A stretch of DNA of 64,000 bases from Syntrophorhabdaceae bacterium (GCA_963665295.1 OY762209.1:3040001-3104000); one strand, 5' to 3'. Positions 8,284-17,983 are shown, counted from the first letter of the stretch. Numbers and translations are program-made. The notes: generated from the sequence alone by a model not told the origin.

Positions 8284-9012
8284 TCATCTCCCATCCCTCA
8301 TCTCCTGAAGGGCCTTCACCACGCCTTCGAAACAGGGTTCCTTCATTTCGAGGGCGGTGCGCCTCTTACCTATGTCGGAAAGATAGTGGGCGTCCGAAAA
8401 TGTGACAAAGGGGATGTTTTGTTTTCCCGTGATGAAAGGGAGCATAAGGGGGATATTGGCCCTGTCGCGTATTTCCAGGGCATCGAAGGCAAGGTTGTCC
8501 GGAATATAACCCAGTTGACCTATGATGCTGAAGGTCTCACTGTCGATGTGAGACGGCACTACGATCCCCCCGAGTGATTTCGCGAGAGACACTGCGTCGT
8601 CAAGGGAAATATCAGCGGAATTGAGGAGGAGCCGCTCCTCGAAGCGGACGATGTTGTCGAATTCGTCGACCACCACCTGGTCGCCGAAATAGTCGGGGTT
8701 GTTTGGGACAGGAGGCAAAAAAGGATAGATTTGTCGTTGAAAATCCAGCGCTGTCGCGGCCTCCCCGAAGACCATGAGAAGGTGTATCTCTTCTCTTGTC
8801 TGTAGTTCCATGCCCGGCAAAACCGTGACCCCGACCTTCCTGCCTACCTCATATGCACAGATCGCATTTTCGGCCATGTTATGATCGGTTACCGCGATAA
8901 TGTCGAGACCGGCTTCACACGCCCTGCCGACAATATCCCTGGGGGACATTTCAAGAGACGCGCAAGGCGAGAGGGTTGAATGGATATGGAGGTCGCAGGA
9001 ATAAGTGCTCAC
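8284..9012 (-). CDS. PHP-family phosphoesterase
   Basis: DLHIHS, AVTDHN, PGMEL, PSHID and FSDAH motifs. Confidence 0.9.
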   Translation of the reverse strand: MSTYSCDLHIHSTLSPCASLEMSPRDIVGRACEAGLDIIAVTDHNMAENAICAYEVGRKVGVTVLPGMELQTREEIHLLMVFGEAATALDFQRQIYPFLPPVPNNPDYFGDQVVVDEFDNIVRFEERLLLNSADISLDDAVSLAKSLGGIVVPSHIDSETFSIIGQLGYIPDNLAFDALEIRDRANIPLMLPFITGKQNIPFVTFSDAHYLSDIGKRRTALEMKEPCFEGVVKALQEMRDGR

Positions 9013-9023
9013 TCACCTTTCCC

Positions 9024-9356
9024 TTATTTCAAGGCGTCATATAGAATTCCGCTTATTTCGAAGGCCGTGCGGCGGTCTCTCAAGATAGCGATGCCTTCCG
9101 CTTTCGCTTTTTCGATTACCCCGTCTTCCACCGGGAGATTGCGGGGTACTACGATTGCACAGATATCCTTAAGTTTGGCAACGCCGAGAATGTTGATATG
9201 CCTCTGAACCGTAACCCAGACGGCATTCCTGTTTGCATTTGCAATCACGTCGGATAGAAGATCGGACGTATATCCCGATTCAATCGTCTTGTCCAGATTC
9301 ACGTCTCCTGTGAGGTTTTCGAACTTAAGTATATCCACAAGCTCACCGAGAGTCAT
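9024..9356 (-). CDS. DRTGG-domain protein
   Basis: GYTSDLLSDVI, VWVTVQRHINILGVA and AFEISG pattern typical of hydrogenase-linked DRTGG proteins. Confidence 0.8.
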   Translation of the reverse strand: MTLGELVDILKFENLTGDVNLDKTIESGYTSDLLSDVIANANRNAVWVTVQRHINILGVAKLKDICAIVVPRNLPVEDGVIEKAKAEGIAILRDRRTAFEISGILYDALK

Positions 9357-9466
9357 GGTTTCCTCCTTTATAAACTAAGAGCATGGCGAGGGCACACGTC
9401 CCGGAGGTCTTCTCCGTGCTCCGGCGGTTCCCTGCGGGGCTGTTATTTTTTGAATGTCTTCCGGTA

Positions 9467-10819
9467 TCAGTCATGGGACTCATCTTTTGTCGCGTTATTC
9501 GACATGGCAGGCGGCAGTTTTCTCGCGAGGTCGAGTATCTCCTCGGCCAGAGTCTTTACCCGGCCCCGGAGCTTTATGATACAGTCCGTGTCGAAAGCGA
9601 GTCCCCGGACGATGTCTTCCGCAAGGGCGCGGCAGCTCGGCGATCCGCATGCGCCGCAGTCAAGGCCGGGCAGTTCCTTGGTGATTGTGTCAAGGCGCTC
9701 CATCTTTATAAGCGCCCTCGACATATCCTCATCAAGGACCATGATGGGCCTGGGCTGAATCGGGGCGACAAGTTCGAAGGCACCTGCCTCATAGATCTCC
9801 TTCAGGTGTTCGTCCTGATAGTAGGGCGTTTCAACGGAGCACTTCTTCACCAGGTGGCGCAACCTTACACGCCCCACGAAGAGGTTCTGAATGTTGAGGG
9901 GCCCGCCCACGCACCCTCCTATGCAGGATTGAAGCTCGATGAAATCAACGTCTCTCAGTTCGCCTCGCTCTATCTCTTCGAGGAGGCTGATAACATTGTG
10001 GATACCGCTTACCGCAAGGCTTGTGCCGAAATCGACTCCCTTGGACTCGCCGGTAACATACCCCCACGCCATACCCACATTCCCGGCCCTGTGGAGAGAA
10101 CGACGGTCCGGATTTGCCTTGTCCCTGGTGACTTGTTTCAGGATATCCTTGTAAATCAGGGAGACCCCGATAACGCCGTCAACTGAGGACACCCGGTCCG
10201 TAATGGGGCGTTTCATCTCCGTCACCTTTGCGGGACACGGGGAAATAAAGAAGGCCCCTATTTCTTCGTAGGGAAGGCCGGTCTTCTTGACCGCCTCTTC
10301 TTTCGCGAGGCAGGCGGCTACCTCCATGGGCGTCATTATGGGCAATACCCGGTCCAGGAGGTCGGGAAACTTGATCTGCATGAGGCGCAGCACTGCGGGA
10401 CACGCGGAGGAAAAGAGGGGTTTCTTGAACTTTATCCTGTCAAGGTACTTGTGAACTATATAGGTAACTATTTCCGCTGCAAGAGCCACCTCGAACACAT
10501 CATCGAACCCGATGTGGAGAAAGGCGTCGAGGATGTCCTCCGTTTTTATCTCCTCGCTGAACTGTCCGAAAAATGAGGGCGCCGGCAAAGCGATCTTGTA
10601 TTTTATGTGGGAGAATTTGTCGAGTGTGTCCGTTACGGCTATTTTCGCGTGGTTAGGACATGCGCGGATGCATTCGCCGCAGTCGATACACCTCTCCTGC
10701 ATGATCTTCGCTTTCCCGTCATGGACGCGGATCGCTTCCACCGGACATCGCTTTATGCAGTTCGTGCACCCGGTGCATTTTTCGTAGTCAAGGGTAACTG
10801 AATGAAAATAATCAGACAT
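9467..10819 (-). CDS. Group D (putatively sensory) [FeFe]-hydrogenase-like protein with N-terminal 2x[4Fe-4S] and C-terminal FeS domain
   Basis: CTGCTNCIKRCP and CIDCGECIRACP. Variant H-cluster motifs FSSACPAV, FISPCPAK and ELQSCIGGCVGGP. C-terminal LPGLDCGACGSPSC, and no PAS domain. Start set at ATG 10819 (AGGAG upstream). Confidence 0.85.
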   Translation of the reverse strand: MSDYFHSVTLDYEKCTGCTNCIKRCPVEAIRVHDGKAKIMQERCIDCGECIRACPNHAKIAVTDTLDKFSHIKYKIALPAPSFFGQFSEEIKTEDILDAFLHIGFDDVFEVALAAEIVTYIVHKYLDRIKFKKPLFSSACPAVLRLMQIKFPDLLDRVLPIMTPMEVAACLAKEEAVKKTGLPYEEIGAFFISPCPAKVTEMKRPITDRVSSVDGVIGVSLIYKDILKQVTRDKANPDRRSLHRAGNVGMAWGYVTGESKGVDFGTSLAVSGIHNVISLLEEIERGELRDVDFIELQSCIGGCVGGPLNIQNLFVGRVRLRHLVKKCSVETPYYQDEHLKEIYEAGAFELVAPIQPRPIMVLDEDMSRALIKMERLDTITKELPGLDCGACGSPSCRALAEDIVRGLAFDTDCIIKLRGRVKTLAEEILDLARKLPPAMSNNATKDESHD

Positions 10820-11327
10820 GCAAGACTCCTGTTTCAACCTGGTTGCCATCCCTCTGAGGCAGGTAAATAGTCGCCTTCAGGGTGGTCCCGTTGCCCGCCC
10901 GGGTCTCGATATCGAGAGTGTCCGAGCAATGCTTGATATTGGGCAGGCCCATACCCGCTCCGAAGCCCATTTCCCTCACTTCGTCCGGGGCGGTTGAGTA
11001 CCCTTCCTGCATGGCCAAATCCAGATCAGGAATTCCCTCACCCGCATCGTCGGCAACGATGGTCACGTGGTCGGGAACGATGATTACCTGAATTTCTCCA
11101 TGATTTGCGTGGATGACGATGTTCATTGCGGCCTCGTACACTATGATAGCCACGTTCTTCACTGTCTCCTGATTCAAGCCCAGTTGCTGGAGGGCCTTCT
11201 TCGTTTTCGATGCGGCCTCGCCCGCCATGATGAAGTCCTCATCATTCACCTTAAACCGCAGTGTAAGGCGGGGCTTGCTGCTTGAATTCTCCGCCGGCTC
11301 TCTCACTCGGTAGACCCTCTCTTGCAC
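10812..11327 (-). CDS. RsbT/RsbW-like anti-sigma Ser/Thr kinase (HATPase)
   Basis: YEAAMNIVIHA, DDAGEGIPD, AMQEGYSTA and GFGAGMGLPNIK motifs. Confidence 0.88.
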   Translation of the reverse strand: MQERVYRVREPAENSSSKPRLTLRFKVNDEDFIMAGEAASKTKKALQQLGLNQETVKNVAIIVYEAAMNIVIHANHGEIQVIIVPDHVTIVADDAGEGIPDLDLAMQEGYSTAPDEVREMGFGAGMGLPNIKHCSDTLDIETRAGNGTTLKATIYLPQRDGNQVETGVLHV

Positions 11328-11662
11328 CCTTCAATGCCGCACCCGTAAAGGAGGCCGGAGCACTTGTATATCAGGAAAGGAGTGGAAAGGAGCGGAATAT
11401 TGGCGTGATTCACATTAGTAATAATGTCCGCATTCGGTCTTTTCCCTCCCACGAAGACCACGCCGACCGCGTCCATTACCTCAGCGGTGTGAATTACGTG
11501 GGCATTCGTCAGAGAGGTGACAAGCAGGGTACGTGAACCTGCGAAGGCAAGCATTTCGCTTATCAGATCACAGGCAAACGCCGTTTCTACGTCTTTATCT
11601 AAGAATTGATGTCCGCACAACACTTCAGCATCAAGAATTTCCTGAACTTCTTTTAAAGTCAT
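11303..11662 (-). CDS. DRTGG-domain protein
   Basis: AFACDLISEML, LLVTSLTNAHVIHTAEV and VFVGGKRP pattern. Confidence 0.8.
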   Translation of the reverse strand: MTLKEVQEILDAEVLCGHQFLDKDVETAFACDLISEMLAFAGSRTLLVTSLTNAHVIHTAEVMDAVGVVFVGGKRPNADIITNVNHANIPLLSTPFLIYKCSGLLYGCGIEGCKRGSTE

Positions 11663-11695
11663 AATCCTGGGTTATCTCCCTCCCTGATTCTTAAT

Positions 11696-11724
11696 CAACT
11701 ACCGGGGCTGCAACTACCGGGGCT
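11696..11724. repeat. Tandem direct repeat CAACTACCGGGGCT x2 (15-bp period)
   Basis: Identical copies at 11696-11709 and 11711-11724. Confidence 0.85.
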
Positions 11725-12122
11725 CGCGTTGCCCCCTCCACGAGCAAAGCTCATGGAGTCTTACTCTTTCGCGAACTGTGTTCGCTGATGTTCCGGACCC
11801 TTCGGGAGGCCGTTCCGGCAACCACACGGGTCCGGTTTGCCTGTCGGCACGGATGCTCTCCCGGCGGCCACGCCTGCAACAGACCGGCCGCCGCCCGGAT
11901 ACCCCGGCCAAGGGGAACCCGCCCTTCTTCGACTGCCTTCGAAACTCAAGGTGGTAAGCGATAAACCACCGCGTCCCGTGTCTCTCCTGTTGAAAGCGGC
12001 GTCACATCCTTGTGACGACCGCCCTTAAGGATACTACATGCCTTGGCGCATGTCCAGGGGTGCGCGGACTATCGGCTAAAGACCCCATGTTCTTGTTATT
12101 CCTCCGGTATTTCCTATACCTC

Positions 12123-12566
12123 CTAAATGTATTTCCCCATGATGTATTCGTTCAGGTACTGAATTTCAATCTTCTGCTCCTTGATAATGGCCTTTACCAC
12201 GTCTCCGATGGAGACAAGCCCGGTCAGCTTTCCCTTGTCGATAACGGGGAGGTGTCTGATGCGTTTTTCCGTCATGAGGGAAATGCATTCGTCGACAGTC
12301 GTCTCCGGTGTCACCACGTAGAGTTCCTTTGTCATGATGTCCTTGGACTCGGTTTCTTTTGACGATCTTCCTTCGAGTATGACCTTTCGTGCATAGTCCC
12401 TTTCTGAAACCACGCCTGCCAGTTTTCCACCTTCATCGATAACCACCAGAGCTCCCAACCCTTTGTCCTGCATCAGTTGGAGTGCCCTATACACCAGGGT
12501 GTCGGGTGATACGGACCAGACTTCACTTCCCTTGCTTTTAAGAATTTGGGCTACCGTAGTCTTCAT
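12123..12566 (-). CDS. CBS-domain protein
   Basis: CBS pair: GVVSERDYARK, RIRHLPV and GLVSIGDVVK. Confidence 0.92.
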   Translation of the reverse strand: MKTTVAQILKSKGSEVWSVSPDTLVYRALQLMQDKGLGALVVIDEGGKLAGVVSERDYARKVILEGRSSKETESKDIMTKELYVVTPETTVDECISLMTEKRIRHLPVIDKGKLTGLVSIGDVVKAIIKEQKIEIQYLNEYIMGKYI

Positions 12567-12785
12567 GTGTCACACCTCCAGAAGGTTATTTGCGCATGGC
12601 TTTCAGGCCCCATGGTGAGATCGCCTTTGCCTTGCTTCATAGTAATTATACTTCATTATAACATATTTTGAAGACATTTCCGGATACAAGACCGGTCCTG
12701 TCACGAAAATTTACATCACCTGCCGTTTGGGTTATAATATAAAGGGAAATCAACCCCTTTTCCCCATCAAAAGAAGGCGGAACGC

Positions 12786-13883
12786 ATGACAAAACTGGAG
12801 ACTATTCTCGATATTTCACACACATTGACAAGGGACGACCTGATCTATCTCCTCGGCCTCACGGAGAGGGACGCCATGGAGAAGCTTTTCGACAGAGCCT
12901 ATGAAGCAAAGACAAAATATGTAGGGAACAAAGTCTACTTCAGGGGTATAATCGAGTTCAGCAATATCTGTGAAAAGGACTGTTTTTACTGCGGGATCAG
13001 GAAAAGCAACCGGAATGTCGTCCGATACCGGATGAGCGAAGAGGAGATCCTGGAGGGCGCCCGCTTTGCGTACGAGAGCAACTACGGCTCCGTTGTGCTC
13101 CAGTCGGGAGAAAGGTCGGACCCGGTGTTCGCCGGTTTTGTCGAGAGGGTGGTAAAAGCCATAAAGGAGTTGAGTAATGGAAATCTCGGCATCACCCTGT
13201 CCCTCGGTGAACAGAGCGACGAGACCTACCGCCGCTGGTTCGCCGCGGGCGCACACCGTTATCTGCTCAGGATCGAAACGTCGAACGAGGCTTTATACGG
13301 GCGACTTCATCCTCGGGATCACAGTTTCCGGAAGAGGCTCGAATGCCTCGGCATACTTGCGGGAATCGGCTACCAGGTAGGTACGGGGGTTATGATCGGC
13401 CTTCCGGGCCAAACCCTGGAGGACCTTGCCGACGACATACTCTTCTTCGAAAAAATGGATATCGCCATGGTGGGCATGGGACCTTATCTCGTCCACAAGG
13501 ATACGCCCCTTTCATCGGAGATATCCGATTTTGAGGCTATCAAGGAAAGGCAGCTCGATCTCGCTCTTAAGATGATCGCGGTCACCAGACTCTACCTGAA
13601 GGATGTGAACATTGCTTCCACAACGGCCCTCCAGGCGCTGGCGCCGACGGGCAGGGAAATGGGCCTGAGAGCGGGGGCCAATATCATCATGCCCAACATT
13701 ACCATCACCAGGTATCGTTCATCCTATCAACTCTACGACAACAAGCCCTGTCTGGATGAAAACGCCTCCTTCTGCAGGGCCTGCCTCGAACAAAGGATCG
13801 AGTCTGTAGGAGAATCGATCGGGTTCAACGAGTGGGGTGATTCTCCCCACTTCAAAAAGAAGACGGAAGGACGGGGTCCATAA
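12786..13883 (+). CDS. hydE: [FeFe]-hydrogenase H-cluster radical SAM maturase HydE
   Basis: RGIIEFSNICEKDCFYCGIR, RYLLRIET, GANIIMPN and YQLYDNKPC. Adjacent to the hydrogenase locus. Confidence 0.9.
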   Translation: MTKLETILDISHTLTRDDLIYLLGLTERDAMEKLFDRAYEAKTKYVGNKVYFRGIIEFSNICEKDCFYCGIRKSNRNVVRYRMSEEEILEGARFAYESNYGSVVLQSGERSDPVFAGFVERVVKAIKELSNGNLGITLSLGEQSDETYRRWFAAGAHRYLLRIETSNEALYGRLHPRDHSFRKRLECLGILAGIGYQVGTGVMIGLPGQTLEDLADDILFFEKMDIAMVGMGPYLVHKDTPLSSEISDFEAIKERQLDLALKMIAVTRLYLKDVNIASTTALQALAPTGREMGLRAGANIIMPNITITRYRSSYQLYDNKPCLDENASFCRACLEQRIESVGESIGFNEWGDSPHFKKKTEGRGP

Positions 13884-13936
13884 CCCTCAACCCGGATTCG
13901 AGTCGATGGACGGCTTTCCCGGACCGGACACAAACG

Positions 13937-14827
13937 TCACGGCTCGCCCGGTTTCTCCCCCCTGAGGTGGAGCCTGAGTCTCAAAAAGAGATACCAGAGC
14001 ATGATGATTACCCATCTCCAGAGGACGAATACCACGACTATTCCCAGCACGTGCACATTGGGGTATGAGGTATGGGCGATGAGGAGGACCGCCGCGAGGT
14101 TGCCGAGGGAGGCAGTGAGCCCCAGGCTTATGCGGTCTTTCCGGGTCGAGCCTCCCGCATAGTAGCCGGCGACTATGGCGAAGGATACGACGAAGAATAT
14201 ACAGACGTAAGAGGCGACCGTCAGTTTCGAAAGGTCTTTTATCCCGACTATGAGCCCCGCAATACCCAGAAATATGATGCACACACGGAAGCACCACTCC
14301 AGGACCCGTTGAAGTACGGCCGTAAAGGCAGGAAGGTAACGGTGGAGCGTTATCCCCACGAGCAGGGGGACGACGGTAACAGGGAGAATGGTCCACCAGA
14401 GGCGTAGGGGCGGCACTGTGAAGCGAAGGGGAAACCATTTGCCCACAACCCATAACCAGAAGGTGACGGTGAAAGGCATTATGAGACATAGAAGGGACAT
14501 GGTCGCAGCCGCAAGGTTTATGCTCCCCCGCTTACTCTTCGCCTCGAGGAGCGCGAAAGAATCGCCGGGGGCCACGCCTGCGATAAGCACGATTCCTCCC
14601 ACAAGGAGGGGTATATCGAAGGCTTTCACCGCGCCCGCAGTTACGAGGGGAACAATAAAACTCGTCACGAAAAACGCCTTGACGAGGGTCCAGGGCCGTC
14701 TGAATTCAGCGACGAGGTCCTCCACGGTAACCCTTGAGCTGATGATGAGGACGACCATGGGAAAAGCGGCGTGAGCCAGGAGTTCACCGGTCGTTGTCAG
14801 CAGATTCTTCAAGAAGAGCATATCCAT
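13937..14827 (-). CDS. Bile acid:sodium symporter (BASS)-like membrane transporter
   Basis: About 9 hydrophobic segments with AGVAPG, PLLVG, GYYAGG and SLGNLAAVLLIA motifs. Confidence 0.65.
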   Translation of the reverse strand: MDMLFLKNLLTTTGELLAHAAFPMVVLIISSRVTVEDLVAEFRRPWTLVKAFFVTSFIVPLVTAGAVKAFDIPLLVGGIVLIAGVAPGDSFALLEAKSKRGSINLAAATMSLLCLIMPFTVTFWLWVVGKWFPLRFTVPPLRLWWTILPVTVVPLLVGITLHRYLPAFTAVLQRVLEWCFRVCIIFLGIAGLIVGIKDLSKLTVASYVCIFFVVSFAIVAGYYAGGSTRKDRISLGLTASLGNLAAVLLIAHTSYPNVHVLGIVVVFVLWRWVIIMLWYLFLRLRLHLRGEKPGEP

Positions 14828-15187
14828 TCAAGACTCCCGGTCGTTTATCGTAGAGAACCCGTCTTTGCCTGCAGGTCGCAACGAAGCGGTGCGCCTGAGC
14901 CCCTATGGTAAAAGACGGGCGGCCCTTTGTCAACGGTTTTCTCCCGTTCCGTCAGGATGGAAGGCGAAGGGGCGGACGAGGAACGGTAGTATAACATAAT
15001 ATGCAATAGTTATGAAGACTTAAGAAATATAGTTAAGATATGACAGGAAGTATTTCAGGCAACAATCTACCTGCCCTGGATATTTATCGCGAACCGGGGT
15101 CTCTGTTGCGAAAATTCCGGTCAATGCTTATAAAACGGAAAAGACTACGAGAAGGCCGTCCTGACCGGGACGGCGAAAGGGGAGAAT

Positions 15188-15616
15188 ATGGCCATAAACG
15201 AGTCGGACCTTTTTAAGGGTGTGAGCCAGCGTTTCATTACAAAGGTGGCCAAAGGGGCTGAGGAGCAGGCTTTCAAGAAGGGTACGGTGATCTTCAGGAC
15301 CGGGGAGAATGCCTCTCACTTCTATGTGCTCATCCAGGGCGATGTCCACATCGAAATCGGGACAGGAGAAAGTGCGACCCTCGCGGTGACCCGACCCGGG
15401 GAGGTCTTCGGTTGGTCGGCCCTCGTCGAACCCTACATGTTCACTGCCGTCGCGAAATGCGTGGAAGAGACGAAGGTGGTCAAGATCTCACGAGACCTGG
15501 TGGAAGCGGCGATAAGGGAACACCCGGACGAAGGCCTGGCCGTTCTCAAGAATCTGGCCGGCATCATTGCGGGCAGGCTCCGCTACGCATACAGGCAGCT
15601 TGTGCCCGAGGCGTAG
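15188..15616 (+). CDS. Stand-alone cyclic-nucleotide-binding-fold protein (non-canonical phosphate-binding cassette)
   Basis: GTVIFRTGE, FYVLIQGDV and PGEVFGWSAL. No HTH domain. GGAG precedes the ATG. Confidence 0.85.
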   Translation: MAINESDLFKGVSQRFITKVAKGAEEQAFKKGTVIFRTGENASHFYVLIQGDVHIEIGTGESATLAVTRPGEVFGWSALVEPYMFTAVAKCVEETKVVKISRDLVEAAIREHPDEGLAVLKNLAGIIAGRLRYAYRQLVPEA

Positions 15617-15663
15617 AAGCGGGGTCCGAAGGGGGAGTACCGTGTGCGGGATCAGGTCTTCCC

Positions 15664-16650
15664 TTACACGAAGTTGCGCCAGTTTGAGCGAAGATTGTTA
15701 ATATCCTTGTAAAGATGCGTGTGCCTTTGTTTGTCGTAATCGAGGAGATAATCAATAAACGCGGGCAAATAGCCCTGTTCCTTGAGGGTCCTCAGGATAT
15801 TGCCGATGTCTGATTCCAGGAGGGAAGGGTCCGAATAATCATTGTGTCTCCCGGAATGGTGGCGGTTTATGAGCCCTTCTATGAGTACTATAAAGATGAT
15901 AACCACCTTGTTCGGGATAAGCACCCATTGGCTGTGAAGTTTCATATTTTCGAGAAGCTTCCCCAGGAAGGCTCTCACGGTAACGAGGGAGGCGCGATCA
16001 AGGAGGACCTTGACGAAGAAGCAGAAGGTATTGAGATATTTGTCGATATCCTCGATGTGAGATTTGAGCATCTCCTCAAAATACATGGTGTCTATGATCT
16101 GGGCTACCGAGTTCTCGTTCGGCAGGAGGAGGCGTTTTTTCCCCTCGTACCCTCTCTTCGGGAGGTATTCCTCATATTCCATATAGTCCACGTCCTGCTC
16201 CAGTTCTCGGGACGCACTTTCCTGAGGAGAAAAGAGATCGTCGTCCACGATGATCCCGGAGATGTTGAGGGTCGATTCAAGGCGGTACGCCTTGAGATAA
16301 CCTTCCCCGAGAAAAGGAAGTATTATTTTGTCCTTATTCGTGAACGAGCCGGAATCGTATCTGGTGACGCTTCCCCGGGCTATGCCCCCTCTCAACCAGA
16401 AATCATGGAGTATCCCCCACGTGTAAAGGGCCTGGGTGCCCCTCTTTGCTTTCTTGAAGCTTTCCGAAAAAATAACGATACTGTCGGAAAAGAGAAGGAC
16501 CTTCACGTCCTGATCGTCGATCCCCTTGATTACTTTGATAAGGTTCTCATACCTCTGGGTCAGGTCCCCCGACATGAACCTCGAGGTGAAACCGAGGACG
16601 TCAAAATAGGAGACGTATGCATTTTCGATGGCCACTTTGTCGGGATTCAT
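15664..16650 (-). CDS. Hypothetical protein with an N-terminal class III nucleotidyl-cyclase-like domain
   Basis: YVSYFDVLGF, FSDSIVIF, LRGGIARG and GEGYLKAYRLES pattern, followed by a helical C-terminal region of unknown function. Confidence 0.6.
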   Translation of the reverse strand: MNPDKVAIENAYVSYFDVLGFTSRFMSGDLTQRYENLIKVIKGIDDQDVKVLLFSDSIVIFSESFKKAKRGTQALYTWGILHDFWLRGGIARGSVTRYDSGSFTNKDKIILPFLGEGYLKAYRLESTLNISGIIVDDDLFSPQESASRELEQDVDYMEYEEYLPKRGYEGKKRLLLPNENSVAQIIDTMYFEEMLKSHIEDIDKYLNTFCFFVKVLLDRASLVTVRAFLGKLLENMKLHSQWVLIPNKVVIIFIVLIEGLINRHHSGRHNDYSDPSLLESDIGNILRTLKEQGYLPAFIDYLLDYDKQRHTHLYKDINNLRSNWRNFV

Positions 16651-16822
16651 TTCGTATACACATTATATGGGGGAAGAGGAGGGGAAATCAACAGGGTTTT
16701 GAAAGGAGCCGGTTCTGTCTCGTAAACTTCCGAATAATATGATAAGAATATTTCAGGGGAATTATCGCGGACGGTTTTGTTCCCCGTGAGGGAGAACCGA
16801 AAAGAAAGGGGGCAGGAAGGCG

Positions 16823-17983
16823 ATGGATTCATTGATGACCACCGGAAACGAATATCGAGCCGTTTTTGAAAATACGGGAACCGCCACTATCATTGTGGAG
16901 GCCGACACGACCATAGCACTTGCGAACGGTACGTTCACCGGTTTGTCCGGCTATGGAAAAGAAGAAATTGAGGGAAAGAAGAGCTGGACCGAATTTATCC
17001 TGAAAGACGACCTCGATCGTATGCTTACCTATCATCACATGAGGAGGAACGATCCGCAAGGGGCCCCGAGGAATTACGAGGTACGGTTCATCTGCAGAGA
17101 TGGGACCGTCAGGAACACCTATGTGACGGTGGATATGATACCTTCTTCGCCGAAGAGCGTGCTGTCCTTCATGGATATTACGGATCTGAAAAAGGCGGAA
17201 CAGCGGGTCCGGCACATGAACGAGGAACTGGAGGAACGTGTAACCGAGCGTACCGCCCAACTTCAGGCCGCCAACAAGGAACTGGAGGCCTTTTCCTATT
17301 CCGTTTCCCACGACCTCCGTACACCCCTTATTACCATCGAGGGTTTTTCGCGGCTCCTCTTAAAGAAACATGCGGGACACCTTGACCCGGACGGCTTAAG
17401 GCTCCTCGATGCCATTTCCCAGGCGGCAAGGCAGATGGGGCAGCTTATCAACGACCTCCTTATGCTTTCTCACCTGAAGAAGGAGGAATTCACGTTATTG
17501 GAGGTTGACATGGGGGAACTGGCGCGGACCACCTTCGCCGAGTTGAAAGCCATTACCCCCGACCGCGACATAGACTTTGTTCTTGCCGATATGCCGCCGG
17601 CCTTTGGCGACAGACTCATGATCCATCAGGTCTATACGAACCTCCTTTCCAATGCCATCAAGTTCTCCAGGACAAAAAAGCATGCCGTCATCGAGGTGGG
17701 AGGGTTCAGAAGGGCGGAGGCAAACGTCTACTATGTGAAAGACAACGGGGTGGGCTTCGACATGCACTATGCGGACCGGCTTTTCGGCGTCTTCCAGAGG
17801 CTCCACAGTCAGGACGAATTCGAGGGGACAGGCGTAGGCCTTGCCATCGTGAAGAGGATCATAACCCGGCTCGGAGGAAAGGTCTGGGCCCTGGGAAAGG
17901 GAGGAGAGGGGGCCACATTCTTTTTTACCCTGCCTTTCGACGGGCAAGGAAACCTGAACCGGGATGACGCCCTTAAAGCATAA
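16823..17983 (+). CDS. PAS-domain sensor histidine kinase
   Basis: PAS domain, FSYSVSHDLRTPL H-box, NLLSNAIKF, VKDNGVGF and EGTGVGLAIVKRI. Confidence 0.93.
   Translation: MDSLMTTGNEYRAVFENTGTATIIVEADTTIALANGTFTGLSGYGKEEIEGKKSWTEFILKDDLDRMLTYHHMRRNDPQGAPRNYEVRFICRDGTVRNTYVTVDMIPSSPKSVLSFMDITDLKKAEQRVRHMNEELEERVTERTAQLQAANKELEAFSYSVSHDLRTPLITIEGFSRLLLKKHAGHLDPDGLRLLDAISQAARQMGQLINDLLMLSHLKKEEFTLLEVDMGELARTTFAELKAITPDRDIDFVLADMPPAFGDRLMIHQVYTNLLSNAIKFSRTKKHAVIEVGGFRRAEANVYYVKDNGVGFDMHYADRLFGVFQRLHSQDEFEGTGVGLAIVKRIITRLGGKVWALGKGGEGATFFFTLPFDGQGNLNRDDALKA

Noticed and set aside
8021..8287. 88-aa minus-strand ORF between PHP and HATPase
   Set aside because: AT-rich and without motifs, so more likely regulatory DNA. 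It is not fully excluded because it overlaps the PHP stop.
1..11662. Selenocysteine or stop read-through in the hydrogenase genes
   Set aside because: The missing Cys positions are sense codons inside open frames, not TGA. The HydB1 stop is followed directly by the hydA SD and start.
11776..11853. Resemblance to c-di-GMP-I (GGCAAAC), Moco (GCCUCCC) riboswitches or 6S RNA ends
   Set aside because: The other conserved elements are missing and the length does not fit. Kept only as an unassigned structured region.
15188..16650. Calling the cyclase-like/cNMP pair a Pycsar defence system
   Set aside because: The genes are convergent, there is no TIR or transmembrane effector, and there is no defence-island context.
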